Under the pieces are notes generated by a model that saw only the letters and a list, made by a program, of their open reading frames with translations, was not told the origin of the DNA and did no database searches. Positions 1 through 7,589 of a stretch of 39,617 nt of DNA are shown here, one piece after another (positions within the stretch are counted from its first letter, which is position 1; each line of letters starts with the position of its first letter). The stretch covers positions 1,879-41,495 of the forward strand of contig CAZPGC010000006.1 of assembly GCA_964585875.1 (NCBI GenBank), given 5' to 3'. Source of the DNA: an uncultured Prolixibacteraceae bacterium. Its GTDB lineage: Bacteria; Bacteroidota; Bacteroidia; Bacteroidales; UBA1556. The position numbers and the translations under genes were made by a program.

Positions 1-181
1 CGGTTCAACAACTACGCTTGGTGAAAGTGGCGAAGATGTAGGCTTTTAGGTTTTGGAGTTTTTGGTCCCGACGAAGCAAGCTTGTCATGATGCCTTCGGC
101 ATCCAATCATCCCGTCGAAGCCACTCCCGATTATTTTATCAAATTTTCCGAAAAAAGACTTGCCTTTGTTAAATAAGGTTA

Positions 182-189
182 TACTTTTG
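182..189 (+). promoter_or_regulatory. Bacteroidota-type -7 promoter box (TACTTTTG) upstream of pta
   Basis: Matches the TAnnTTTG consensus 43 nt upstream of the pta ATG. A TTG lies 19 nt upstream (160-162) as a possible -33 element. Confidence 0.4.
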
Positions 190-231
190 TCTTATGATTA
201 TAAGTTTAAATATTGTATATAAACAATTGAT

Positions 232-1227
232 ATGGAATTAATTAAAAAGATAAAAGAAGAAGCCCGCCGACTGAATAAAACGATTGTTTTACCCGAAGGA
301 GAAGCCGAGCGAACTTTAAAGGCCGCCGATATCATTTTGGAGGAAAACCTCGCCAAGTTGATTTTGGTTGGAAATCCGGAAATCATCGCCCAAAAGGCCG
401 CCGGTTACAAGTTGAAAAATATCGAAAAAGCGGAAATCGTAAACCCGCGCGATAACAAATATCGCCAAGAGATGATTGACCTTTTGCTCGAGATACGCAA
501 AAGCAAAGGAATGAACTATAACGAGGCCTACGCTCTGACGATGGAGCCCTTATACATCGGGCCTCTGCTCATAAAAGCCGGCTACGCCGACGGAGAGGTG
601 TCGGGTGCCGAGCATGCCACAGGAGACGTGCTGCGTCCCGCCTTTCAGATAGTAAAAACGGCCCCCGGCAAGAGTGTCGTCAGCGGGGCTTTTCTTATGA
701 TTCTCAAAGACGACACATACGGCGACGACGGACTTTTGGTCTTTGCCGACTGCGCCGTAAATCCCGACCCCGACGAAAAGCAACTTGCCGAAATAGCCGT
801 TTCCTCGGCAGAAACGGCACGCAAGATAGCGGGGATAGAGCCGCGTGTGGCAATGTTGAGTTTCAGCACCAAAGGCAGCGCCTCGCATCCTGCCGTCGAT
901 AAGGTGGTGAATGCCTTGAAGTTAGCAAAGGAAATGGCTCCCGATTTGCAAATCGACGGCGAGATGCAAGCCGATGCCGCCATTGTGGAAACCGTGGGCA
1001 AGAAAAAAGCTCCGGGCAGTGCCATTGCAGGCAAAGCCAACGTTTTGGTATTCCCCGACTTGAATTCGGGAAATATCGGTTATAAATTAGTGCAGCGTTT
1101 GGCCGGTGCCGAGGCGGTGGGACCCGTTTTGCAAGGCATGGCTGCTCCTATCAACGACCTTTCGCGCGGCTGCTCCGTTGACGATATTGTCAGCTTAACG
1201 GCCATAACCGCCAATCAGGCAAAATAA
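232..1227 (+). CDS. pta: phosphate acetyltransferase (short-form Pta)
   Basis: 331-aa ORF with an ATG start. Pta motifs are present along the full length: IVLPEGEAERTLKAA, SGAEHATGDVLRPAFQIVKT, FADCAVNPDP, VFPDLNSGNIGYKLVQRL, NDLSRGCSVDDIV. It sits in the same operon as ackA. Confidence 0.9.
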   Translation: MELIKKIKEEARRLNKTIVLPEGEAERTLKAADIILEENLAKLILVGNPEIIAQKAAGYKLKNIEKAEIVNPRDNKYRQEMIDLLLEIRKSKGMNYNEAYALTMEPLYIGPLLIKAGYADGEVSGAEHATGDVLRPAFQIVKTAPGKSVVSGAFLMILKDDTYGDDGLLVFADCAVNPDPDEKQLAEIAVSSAETARKIAGIEPRVAMLSFSTKGSASHPAVDKVVNALKLAKEMAPDLQIDGEMQADAAIVETVGKKKAPGSAIAGKANVLVFPDLNSGNIGYKLVQRLAGAEAVGPVLQGMAAPINDLSRGCSVDDIVSLTAITANQAK

Positions 1228-1273
1228 TTTTTTTTACAGTAACGACCTAAAACCCAACTAAATATAAATTGAT

Positions 1274-2245
1274 ATGATAGAAGAAAGTTTAAAAAGATAT
1301 GCTTTGAAAAACGACTCGAAGCATAAGATAAAAAAGATAAAAGCCGGCCTTGTGGGCTGCGGCACTATGGGGCAAGAGATTGCAATCCTCATTGCCAAAG
1401 CCGGTATCGAGGTTACTTTTATCGAAGTGTCGGAAGAAAAAATCAAAAGCGGACTTGAAAGCATCGGCGAAATCATCGACAAAATTATAGACCGCTGGGG
1501 CATGACAACCGGCGATAAAAGAGCCATTTTGTCGAGGATAAAAGGCACTACCGATTATCGCGATTTGGCTGACAGCTCGATAGTTATAGAAGCCATTAAC
1601 ACGAAAAAATGGATTCCTAACCAGCCGACACGTAAAGAAGTTTTCAAGAAAATAGAAAAACACGTCGGCAAAGAATGCATCATAGCATCCAACGCTTCAA
1701 CGGTCGTAATCGGCGACTTATCCGTGGTTTTGGAGCATCCCGAAAGAGCCATCGGCGTTCACTTTATCTCTCCTACCATGAAGACTCACATCATAGAGAT
1801 GAACCGCTGCCGCAACACCTCGGAACACACCGTGAAATTTACCAAGAAATTTGCCGCCACCATCGGAAAAGAAGTGATTGAAATTCTCGGCTCGCCGGGC
1901 AATATCAGCACCCGCATTATAGTGCCTATGATAAACGAGGCGTGCGAGCTTTTGATGGAAGGTGTGGCCGAAACATGGGACATCGACAAAACCATGATGC
2001 GCGGCTACGGAATGCAAATCGGCCCCTTTGCCCTTGCCGACAGAATAGGCCTCGACAAGCTGATAAAGTGGATGGAGGGTCTTTACAACGAATACGGCGA
2101 CGTGAAATACAAAACCTCGCCACTGATAAAGAGAATGGTGAGAGCCGGAATGCTCGGTAAGAAAGCCGGCGAAGGCTTTTACATGTACGACGAAGAAGGA
2201 AACAGACTGCAAAAGACAGGCTCCGTTTTAACACTCGGCCACTGA
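1274..2245 (+). CDS. 3-hydroxyacyl-CoA dehydrogenase family protein (Hbd/FadB-like, NAD-binding)
   Basis: 323-aa ORF. It has a Rossmann GLVGCGTMGQEIA motif, plus SNAS, HFISP and PGNISTR motifs and the C-terminal helical 3HCDH_C-type region (GPFALADRIGLD). It lies between pta and ackA. Confidence 0.75.
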   Translation: MIEESLKRYALKNDSKHKIKKIKAGLVGCGTMGQEIAILIAKAGIEVTFIEVSEEKIKSGLESIGEIIDKIIDRWGMTTGDKRAILSRIKGTTDYRDLADSSIVIEAINTKKWIPNQPTRKEVFKKIEKHVGKECIIASNASTVVIGDLSVVLEHPERAIGVHFISPTMKTHIIEMNRCRNTSEHTVKFTKKFAATIGKEVIEILGSPGNISTRIIVPMINEACELLMEGVAETWDIDKTMMRGYGMQIGPFALADRIGLDKLIKWMEGLYNEYGDVKYKTSPLIKRMVRAGMLGKKAGEGFYMYDEEGNRLQKTGSVLTLGH

Positions 2246-2272
2246 TTTTCAACCATTTAAAATTTAACGAAA

Positions 2273-3481
2273 ATGAAAATATTGATATTGAACTGTGGAA
2301 GTTCATCCATAAAATACCAGCTTTTCGATATGAAAAACGAAGAAAAGCTGCTGGCAAAAGGCATTGTCGAAAAGATAGGCCTTTTGGGTTCTTTCATTAA
2401 AAATTCTCGCGACGACGGCGACGAGGTAAAACTCGTTGGCGACATTTTAGACCATCAGCAAGGCATAGAATATGTGCTGGGAGTGCTGACAAGCCAAAAA
2501 CACGGCAGCTTGAAAAGCTTGGATGAGCTCGATGCCGTGGGGCACCGCGTTGTCCATGGCGGTGAGGCTTTTAACGGCTCCGTCTTCATTACCGACGAGG
2601 TTATAAAAACGATGGAAGAATGTGTGGACCTTGCCCCTTTACACAATCCGCCCAACCTCAAAGGCATTTATGCCATCAAGGATTTGCTGCCTGAAGTACC
2701 TCAAGCCGGGGTTTTCGATACGGCTTTTCACCAAACCATGGAGCCCTCGACATTTATGTATGCCATTCCTTATTCTCTTTACAAAAAATACGGCATCAGA
2801 AAATACGGCTTTCACGGCACGAGTCACAGATATGTGTCGCAACGTGCCGCTGAAATCTTGGGGAAAGATTACAAGAGTCTGAAAATAATATCCTGCCACT
2901 TGGGCAACGGGGCATCCATTGCCGCCATTGAGGGAGGCAAATCAGTTGACACATCCATGGGGCTCACTCCCGTGGAAGGCCTAATGATGGGCACGCGCTC
3001 CGGCGATTTCGACGTGGGAGCTCTTACCTACATCATGCATAAAGAAGAAATAGGAATATCGGCCACCAACACCTTGATAAACAAGCATAGCGGTGTTTTG
3101 GGAATTTCGGGAGTGTCGTCGGATATGCGTGAGGTGGAAGAAGCCGCCGCCAACGGCAACGAGAGAGCCAAGCTGGCCTTGGAGATGTATAATAAGCGTA
3201 TTATCAAATACATAGGAGCTTATGTGGCAGAAATGGCCGGCCTCGACGTTTTAATTTTTACGGGAGGAATAGGTGAAAATGCCGATAATTTACGCTGCGA
3301 CGTGATGAGTCATTTCGACTTCCTCGGCATAAAACCCGACCCCGATAAAAACGTGGGACTCAGAGGTAAAGAGGCTATCATCAGCACAGAAGATTCTAAA
3401 GTGACGGTGATGGTCATCCCCACAAACGAGGAGCTCGTAATTGCCCGCGACACCTATCAAATAGTGAAAGACCTTGTTTGA
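2273..3481 (+). CDS. ackA: acetate kinase
   Basis: 402-aa ORF with ILILNCGSSSIKYQLFD, HRVVHGG, FDTAFHQTM, YGFHGTSH, CHLGNGASI and IFTGGIGEN motifs. Confidence 0.95.
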   Translation: MKILILNCGSSSIKYQLFDMKNEEKLLAKGIVEKIGLLGSFIKNSRDDGDEVKLVGDILDHQQGIEYVLGVLTSQKHGSLKSLDELDAVGHRVVHGGEAFNGSVFITDEVIKTMEECVDLAPLHNPPNLKGIYAIKDLLPEVPQAGVFDTAFHQTMEPSTFMYAIPYSLYKKYGIRKYGFHGTSHRYVSQRAAEILGKDYKSLKIISCHLGNGASIAAIEGGKSVDTSMGLTPVEGLMMGTRSGDFDVGALTYIMHKEEIGISATNTLINKHSGVLGISGVSSDMREVEEAAANGNERAKLALEMYNKRIIKYIGAYVAEMAGLDVLIFTGGIGENADNLRCDVMSHFDFLGIKPDPDKNVGLRGKEAIISTEDSKVTVMVIPTNEELVIARDTYQIVKDLV

Positions 3482-3492
3482 AAATTTTGAAA

Positions 3493-3536
3493 AATGCGGG
3501 ATTTTGCGTGGCAAAATCCCGCATTATTGATTTTTG
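3493..3536 (+). terminator. intrinsic terminator after ackA
   Basis: Perfect 15-bp stem (AATGCGGGATTTTGC / GCAAAATCCCGCATT, 3493-3507 and 3511-3525) with a 3-nt loop, followed by the T-rich ATTGATTTTTGTGTT. Confidence 0.75.
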
Positions 3537-3540
3537 TGTT

Positions 3541-3978
3541 ATGGACAAAATTTGTTTTGAACCCATAGGAATTATACACAGCGATTATAAAGAGCCTGTA
3601 AATGTGCCTCGGCAATCGCGGGGGGCGGGCGGTAAAGGTGTTGTGGAGCTTTTTCCCGAATTTGCCAAAGGCTTAAAAGACCTTGAGAAATTTTCGCATA
3701 TTTATCTGATTTTCAACTTTCACCGCTCAGAAGGCTATAAAATGATAATCTATCCGCGTGACCACAACCAAGAGAGAGGACTTTTTGCCACACGCTCGCC
3801 GCGACGCCCTTCGGCAATAGGCATTTCTATTGTGAAACTCGTTGAAATAAAGGGAAATAAAATCTTTGTTGAGGATATCGACATCATTGAAGGCTCTCCC
3901 CTGCTCGACATAAAACCCTATATCGAAAAATACGACAGCCGTGAGGGTGCCGGAAACGGCTGGCTGGAAAAAGGCTGA
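3541..3978 (+). CDS. trmO: tRNA (m6t6A37) methyltransferase TrmO / YaeB-TsaA family
   Basis: The tracked ORF begins at TTG 3478 and overlaps the terminator. The first ATG, at 3541, gives MDKICFEPIGIIHSDYKEP, the typical N-terminus of this family. SPRRPSAIGISIVKL and GSPLLDIKPYI are also present. Confidence 0.75.
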   Translation: MDKICFEPIGIIHSDYKEPVNVPRQSRGAGGKGVVELFPEFAKGLKDLEKFSHIYLIFNFHRSEGYKMIIYPRDHNQERGLFATRSPRRPSAIGISIVKLVEIKGNKIFVEDIDIIEGSPLLDIKPYIEKYDSREGAGNGWLEKG

Positions 3979-3984
3979 GATTTT

Positions 3985-4530
3985 CTATGATTTTTTCGGG
4001 TTTCTTTTGGCAAAAATTCGCCAAGCACCGAAGACCACAATAAAAGCCAAGGAGAAAAAAATCAAGTCCCATTTCAAAACCGTAAACATGGAAGAGGCCT
4101 GTGCAAAACCCTCTTTGATATTGGGGAAATCGCTTACCATCTTTCGCACCATAAGGTTTTCGGCATAATCAAAAACGGCGGCTATCCAAGGCACCAAAAC
4201 CACAAAGTTCAACTTTTCGGGCAGGCGGACACGGATAAGAAGCCCCACCAATAAAGTGCTGTAAATCAGAGGATATATAAAATCTTTGTATTGAAAAGAC
4301 AGATATAATTCACGGCCTTTGACGCCGTAAATGCTCAGCAATTCGCCGAGGCTTTGCGCGCTGTATCCCCAAATCATGGTGTCGGGAATGCGACTGTCGC
4401 CGGTAAGCTCTCGCAAAGTCATGGAGCCGGAGCTTCCAAACCACATCCAGAGGTTTACGATAATCCACAATGCAAGAAAAATCAGTACTGTTTTAAGGGT
4501 GAAAAACTTGACGAGTTTATCGGTTTTCAT
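3985..4530 (-). CDS. hypothetical multi-pass membrane protein
   Basis: The tracked ORF starts at TTG 4641. The first ATG (4530) gives MKTDKLVKFFTLKTVLIFLALWIIVNLW, and several further hydrophobic segments follow. I recognise no family. Confidence 0.55.
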   Translation of the reverse strand: MKTDKLVKFFTLKTVLIFLALWIIVNLWMWFGSSGSMTLRELTGDSRIPDTMIWGYSAQSLGELLSIYGVKGRELYLSFQYKDFIYPLIYSTLLVGLLIRVRLPEKLNFVVLVPWIAAVFDYAENLMVRKMVSDFPNIKEGFAQASSMFTVLKWDLIFFSLAFIVVFGAWRIFAKRNPKKS

Positions 4531-4670
4531 AATTCGGAGTGTTAAGTTGTAAAAAATAAGCTTGTAAAGATAGCGAAAAAAAGGCTTCCGAAATCTCACT
4601 TTTAGTAAAAACTCGACGGTTTTCCGAAAAACACCACACAAAAAGTCCTTGCCTGTGTACGGTAAATCCT

Positions 4671-4678
4671 TAATTTTG
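4671..4678 (+). promoter_or_regulatory. -7 promoter box (TAATTTTG) upstream of the polyprenyl synthase gene
   Basis: TAnnTTTG match 24 nt upstream of ATG 4702, with a TTG at 4649-4651 exactly 19 nt upstream. Confidence 0.45.
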
Positions 4679-4701
4679 CGGCATAACCTTCAAAGCTACC
4701 G

Positions 4702-5673
4702 ATGGCAAGTATTGATAAGATAAAGGCACCGATAAAAGGGGAGTTGCAACATTTTCAGAATTTTTTCGGAGAGGTAATGCACACACGAGTGCCTTTGCTG
4801 ACGCTCATCACCAAGTACGTTGTAAAAAACAAGGGCAAGCAGATGCGTCCGCTCTTCGTATTTCTGTCGGCGCGACTATTGGGCGAGGCCACCGAATCCA
4901 CCTATCGTGCCGCAGCCTTAATAGAGTTGTTGCACACTGCCACACTCGTTCACGACGACGTGGTTGACGAGGCCAATTTGCGTCGCAATGTATTTACCAT
5001 CAACGCTTTGTGGAAAAACAAAGTAGCCGTGCTCGTGGGCGATTTCCTTTTGTCGAAAGGCATGCTTCTGGCTCTTGAAAACAAAGAATACAGGCTTTTG
5101 GAAATTGTGTCGCGCGCCACAAAACAGATGAGCGAGGGCGAGCTGTTGCAAATAGAAAAAGCCCGCCGTATGGATATTAACGAAGAGGTTTATTTCGATA
5201 TCATAAGACAAAAGACAGCCACTTTAATAGGTGCTGCCACCGCCTGCGGTGCCGCCTCCGCGGGTGCCTCACCCCAACTCGTTGACGAGTTTTGGAAAAT
5301 GGGTGAAAATATAGGCATAGCTTTTCAAATAAAAGACGACCTTCTCGATTACGGCAGCGCCGACACCGGCAAAGCAAACGGCAACGATTTGAAAGAAAAG
5401 AAAATGACTTTGCCTCTCATTTACATGCTACGTAATTTGAGCAAAAACGAACGGCAAAAAATCATACTGAAAATAAAATACAGAAGCGGGAATGCCGCCG
5501 TGAGAAAAGACATAATTGAGCGAGTGAGAAAAAGCGGCGGAATAGATTATTCCAAAGAAAAAATGAAGGAATATCTTCAAAAAGCACTCGACAATCTAAA
5601 CGCTTTTCCCGACGGCGAAATAAAAACCGCACTCGGGGAGTTAATTCATTATTCCATTAACCGTAAAAAATAA
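4702..5673 (+). CDS. trans-polyprenyl diphosphate synthase (IspB-like, long-chain; probable menaquinone side-chain synthase)
   Basis: 323-aa ORF. The first Asp-rich motif is LVHDDVVD and the second is FQIKDDLLD. The chain length cannot be read from the sequence. Confidence 0.9.
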   Translation: MASIDKIKAPIKGELQHFQNFFGEVMHTRVPLLTLITKYVVKNKGKQMRPLFVFLSARLLGEATESTYRAAALIELLHTATLVHDDVVDEANLRRNVFTINALWKNKVAVLVGDFLLSKGMLLALENKEYRLLEIVSRATKQMSEGELLQIEKARRMDINEEVYFDIIRQKTATLIGAATACGAASAGASPQLVDEFWKMGENIGIAFQIKDDLLDYGSADTGKANGNDLKEKKMTLPLIYMLRNLSKNERQKIILKIKYRSGNAAVRKDIIERVRKSGGIDYSKEKMKEYLQKALDNLNAFPDGEIKTALGELIHYSINRKK

Positions 5674-5679
5674 AAAACC

Positions 5680-7416
5680 ATGAATTATATAAAATCGTTA
5701 ATTCTTCTGATGTTTATAACAAGCTGTGCGACAGCATTTTCACAAGAACACAGAGTAGAGATTAAACGTTTTGAAAACGGAAAAAAGAGCTCGCAAACCG
5801 CCTATGTCGATTCCGTCCCCGACGGCAAATACACCGCTTGGTATAAAAACGGCAAGTTGATGGAAGAAGGCTACTATTCCATGGGCAAAAAAACAGGCAC
5901 TTGGGTCAATCTTTACCCCAACGGCGATTCGCTTTATTTGATAAACTACGAAAACGGACCTTATCGTATCTGGTTCAACAACGGGCACTTACAGGTAAAA
6001 GGTCAGGTGGTAAACGGAGAAAAAGAAGGCCTGTGGACAGAATATTACATCAACGGGAAAAAGAAATCGGAGATTTTTTATAAAGCGGGAAAAGAAACCG
6101 GAACGAAAAAAGAATGGTACGAAAACGGCAACTTGCGCTACAAACTCACCAAACCCGACGGCTCCTACCAATCATATTACAGCACGGGCGAAAAAAACGA
6201 GAGCGGAAATTTCAAAAACGGCCTTCGCGAAGGGCTGTGGACAGGTCTTTATAAAAACGGAAAAAAGATTTACGAAGGCTCTTACTCGCAAGGCAAGAAA
6301 ACAGGTTTGTGGAAAGAATTTTACATAAACGGACAGCTGAAAAAGCGCGAGCCGATGGAAAACGGAAAATATCTTGAGTTTTATATGGGCAACACAAAGG
6401 CCGCCGAGGGCACCATTGCCGACGGAAAACGCGAGGGTCTGTGGAAATTTTGGTATGCCGACGGCAAACTAAAAGAAACGGTAAACTACAAAGCGGGACT
6501 TAAAGAAGGTAAATCGGAGAAATTTTATGCCGACGGACACAAGCAATTCAGCGGATTTTATTCCAACGACAGCCTCAACGGCTACAGTTTTTGGTGGTAC
6601 GACAACGGCAAACCGGAGATGGAAGGCAAGAGTATCAACGACTTACAAGATTCGGTCTGGAAGTTTTATTATAAAAACGGGCAGTTGGGCAGCACAGGCC
6701 CTTTTACCAAAGGCGTAATGAACGGCCAATGGACTTATTTTTATCCCACCTCGGAGCTCTGGAAAAAAGGAAACTACAAAATGGGGCTTAAAGAAGGACT
6801 GTGGACAACGTGGTGGGAAAACGGCAAAAAATTGCAGGAAGGCTCATACCTTGACGGTAAGGAAACAGGGCTGTGGAAGTCGTGGTTTGATAACGGACAG
6901 CCCAAAGACCAGGGCTCCTTTGAAAAAGGGCAAATGAGCGGCCTTTGGACAGGCTGGTTTAAGGACGGCACCATGAATTACAAATACAATTACAAAAACG
7001 GATTGAAAGACGGGTGGTGCGAGCAAAATTACGATAACGGCAAACCCAAATACAAAGGCTATTTTAAAGACGGCGAACGTCACGGCCAATTTGCGGAATA
7101 CTATAAAACAGGCGATTTGCTCTCAAAAGGCAAATATATTAACGGAAAAAAAGACGGCAAATGGGTCTTTTACGATGTGCGCGGCAAGGTTTACAAAAAA
7201 CAAAGTTTGAAAGACGGAAAACCCGAAGGTAAATGGGTGGAATATTATGCCGACGGCAAGAAAAAAGGACAAGGAGAATATAAAAATCTACTGCGCCACG
7301 GTGTATGGACATATTGGGATAAAAACGGAAATATCGTTTACAAAGTGAAATACAACCGCGGCAAAAAAACCGAAGTTATTATTGACCAAAAAAGAGGTGC
7401 CGGTTTGAAAAAATAA
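5680..7416 (+). CDS. MORN-variant (YwqK-like) repeat lipoprotein
   Basis: 578-aa ORF starting 6 nt after the previous stop. It has a lipoprotein-type signal (LILLMFITSCATAF) followed by about 20 copies of a roughly 23-aa unit of the form G.K.G.W..YY.NG.....G.Y. Confidence 0.8.
   Translation: MNYIKSLILLMFITSCATAFSQEHRVEIKRFENGKKSSQTAYVDSVPDGKYTAWYKNGKLMEEGYYSMGKKTGTWVNLYPNGDSLYLINYENGPYRIWFNNGHLQVKGQVVNGEKEGLWTEYYINGKKKSEIFYKAGKETGTKKEWYENGNLRYKLTKPDGSYQSYYSTGEKNESGNFKNGLREGLWTGLYKNGKKIYEGSYSQGKKTGLWKEFYINGQLKKREPMENGKYLEFYMGNTKAAEGTIADGKREGLWKFWYADGKLKETVNYKAGLKEGKSEKFYADGHKQFSGFYSNDSLNGYSFWWYDNGKPEMEGKSINDLQDSVWKFYYKNGQLGSTGPFTKGVMNGQWTYFYPTSELWKKGNYKMGLKEGLWTTWWENGKKLQEGSYLDGKETGLWKSWFDNGQPKDQGSFEKGQMSGLWTGWFKDGTMNYKYNYKNGLKDGWCEQNYDNGKPKYKGYFKDGERHGQFAEYYKTGDLLSKGKYINGKKDGKWVFYDVRGKVYKKQSLKDGKPEGKWVEYYADGKKKGQGEYKNLLRHGVWTYWDKNGNIVYKVKYNRGKKTEVIIDQKRGAGLKK
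5821..7377 (+). repeat. tandem ~69-nt (23-aa) coding repeats inside the MORN-variant gene
   Basis: Recurring GxKxGxWxxYYxNGxxxxxGxY units, for example GEKEGLWTEYYINGKKKSEIFY, GKKTGLWKEFYINGQLK and GKPEGKWVEYYADGKKKGQGEY. The boundaries are approximate. Confidence 0.7.
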
Positions 7417-7519
7417 GTGAGAAAGTTTTGTTGATTGCCGTATTTTAGAATGCCTTAAAAAACACAAATCAAGATTTTTCCGGATTTTTCATTTTTATTA
7501 TGCCGTTGGCGTTTTTTTC

Positions 7520-7527
7520 TATTTTTG
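7520..7527 (+). promoter_or_regulatory. -7 promoter box (TATTTTTG) upstream of mutA
   Basis: TAnnTTTG match 63 nt upstream of ATG 7590. Confidence 0.45.
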
Positions 7528-7528
7528 C

Positions 7529-7548
7529 ATTGTTATTTAAATAACAAT
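7529..7548. promoter_or_regulatory. perfect 20-bp palindrome ATTGTTATTTAAATAACAAT at the predicted mutAB transcription start
   Basis: The sequence is identical to its reverse complement. It begins 2 nt after the -7 box, which is an operator-like position. It could alternatively form a 5' leader hairpin. Confidence 0.5.
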
Positions 7549-7589
7549 ACTTTTAATCGTATTATTGTTTTTTTAAAAGATTACGAATT

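Noticed and set aside
1-24. The reading ...NNYAW-stop at the window start resembles a tmRNA tag (..NYALAA).
   Set aside because: It does not end in the canonical ALAA. No tRNA-like acceptor/T-arm sequence (GGTTCGAATCC...CCA) follows. The downstream sequence does not fit tmRNA pseudoknots.
3478-3540. N-terminal extensions of tracked ORFs that begin at TTG or GTG (3478, 4641, 13197, 25800, 26808, 30595, 35513).
   Set aside because: The extensions run through a terminator (3478) or a -7 promoter box (30595), or add non-conserved residues. In each case an in-frame ATG downstream yields the N-terminus typical of the family or a clean signal anchor. For the same reason I kept the GTG starts for rsmD, ctaB and the FtsX permease, where the conserved N-terminus requires them.
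7417-7589. Possible cobalamin riboswitch upstream of the B12-dependent mutase.
   Set aside because: The spacer is AT-rich. It lacks any B12-box-like GC-rich core and the multi-stem architecture of a cobalamin riboswitch. Only a promoter and a palindrome are visible.
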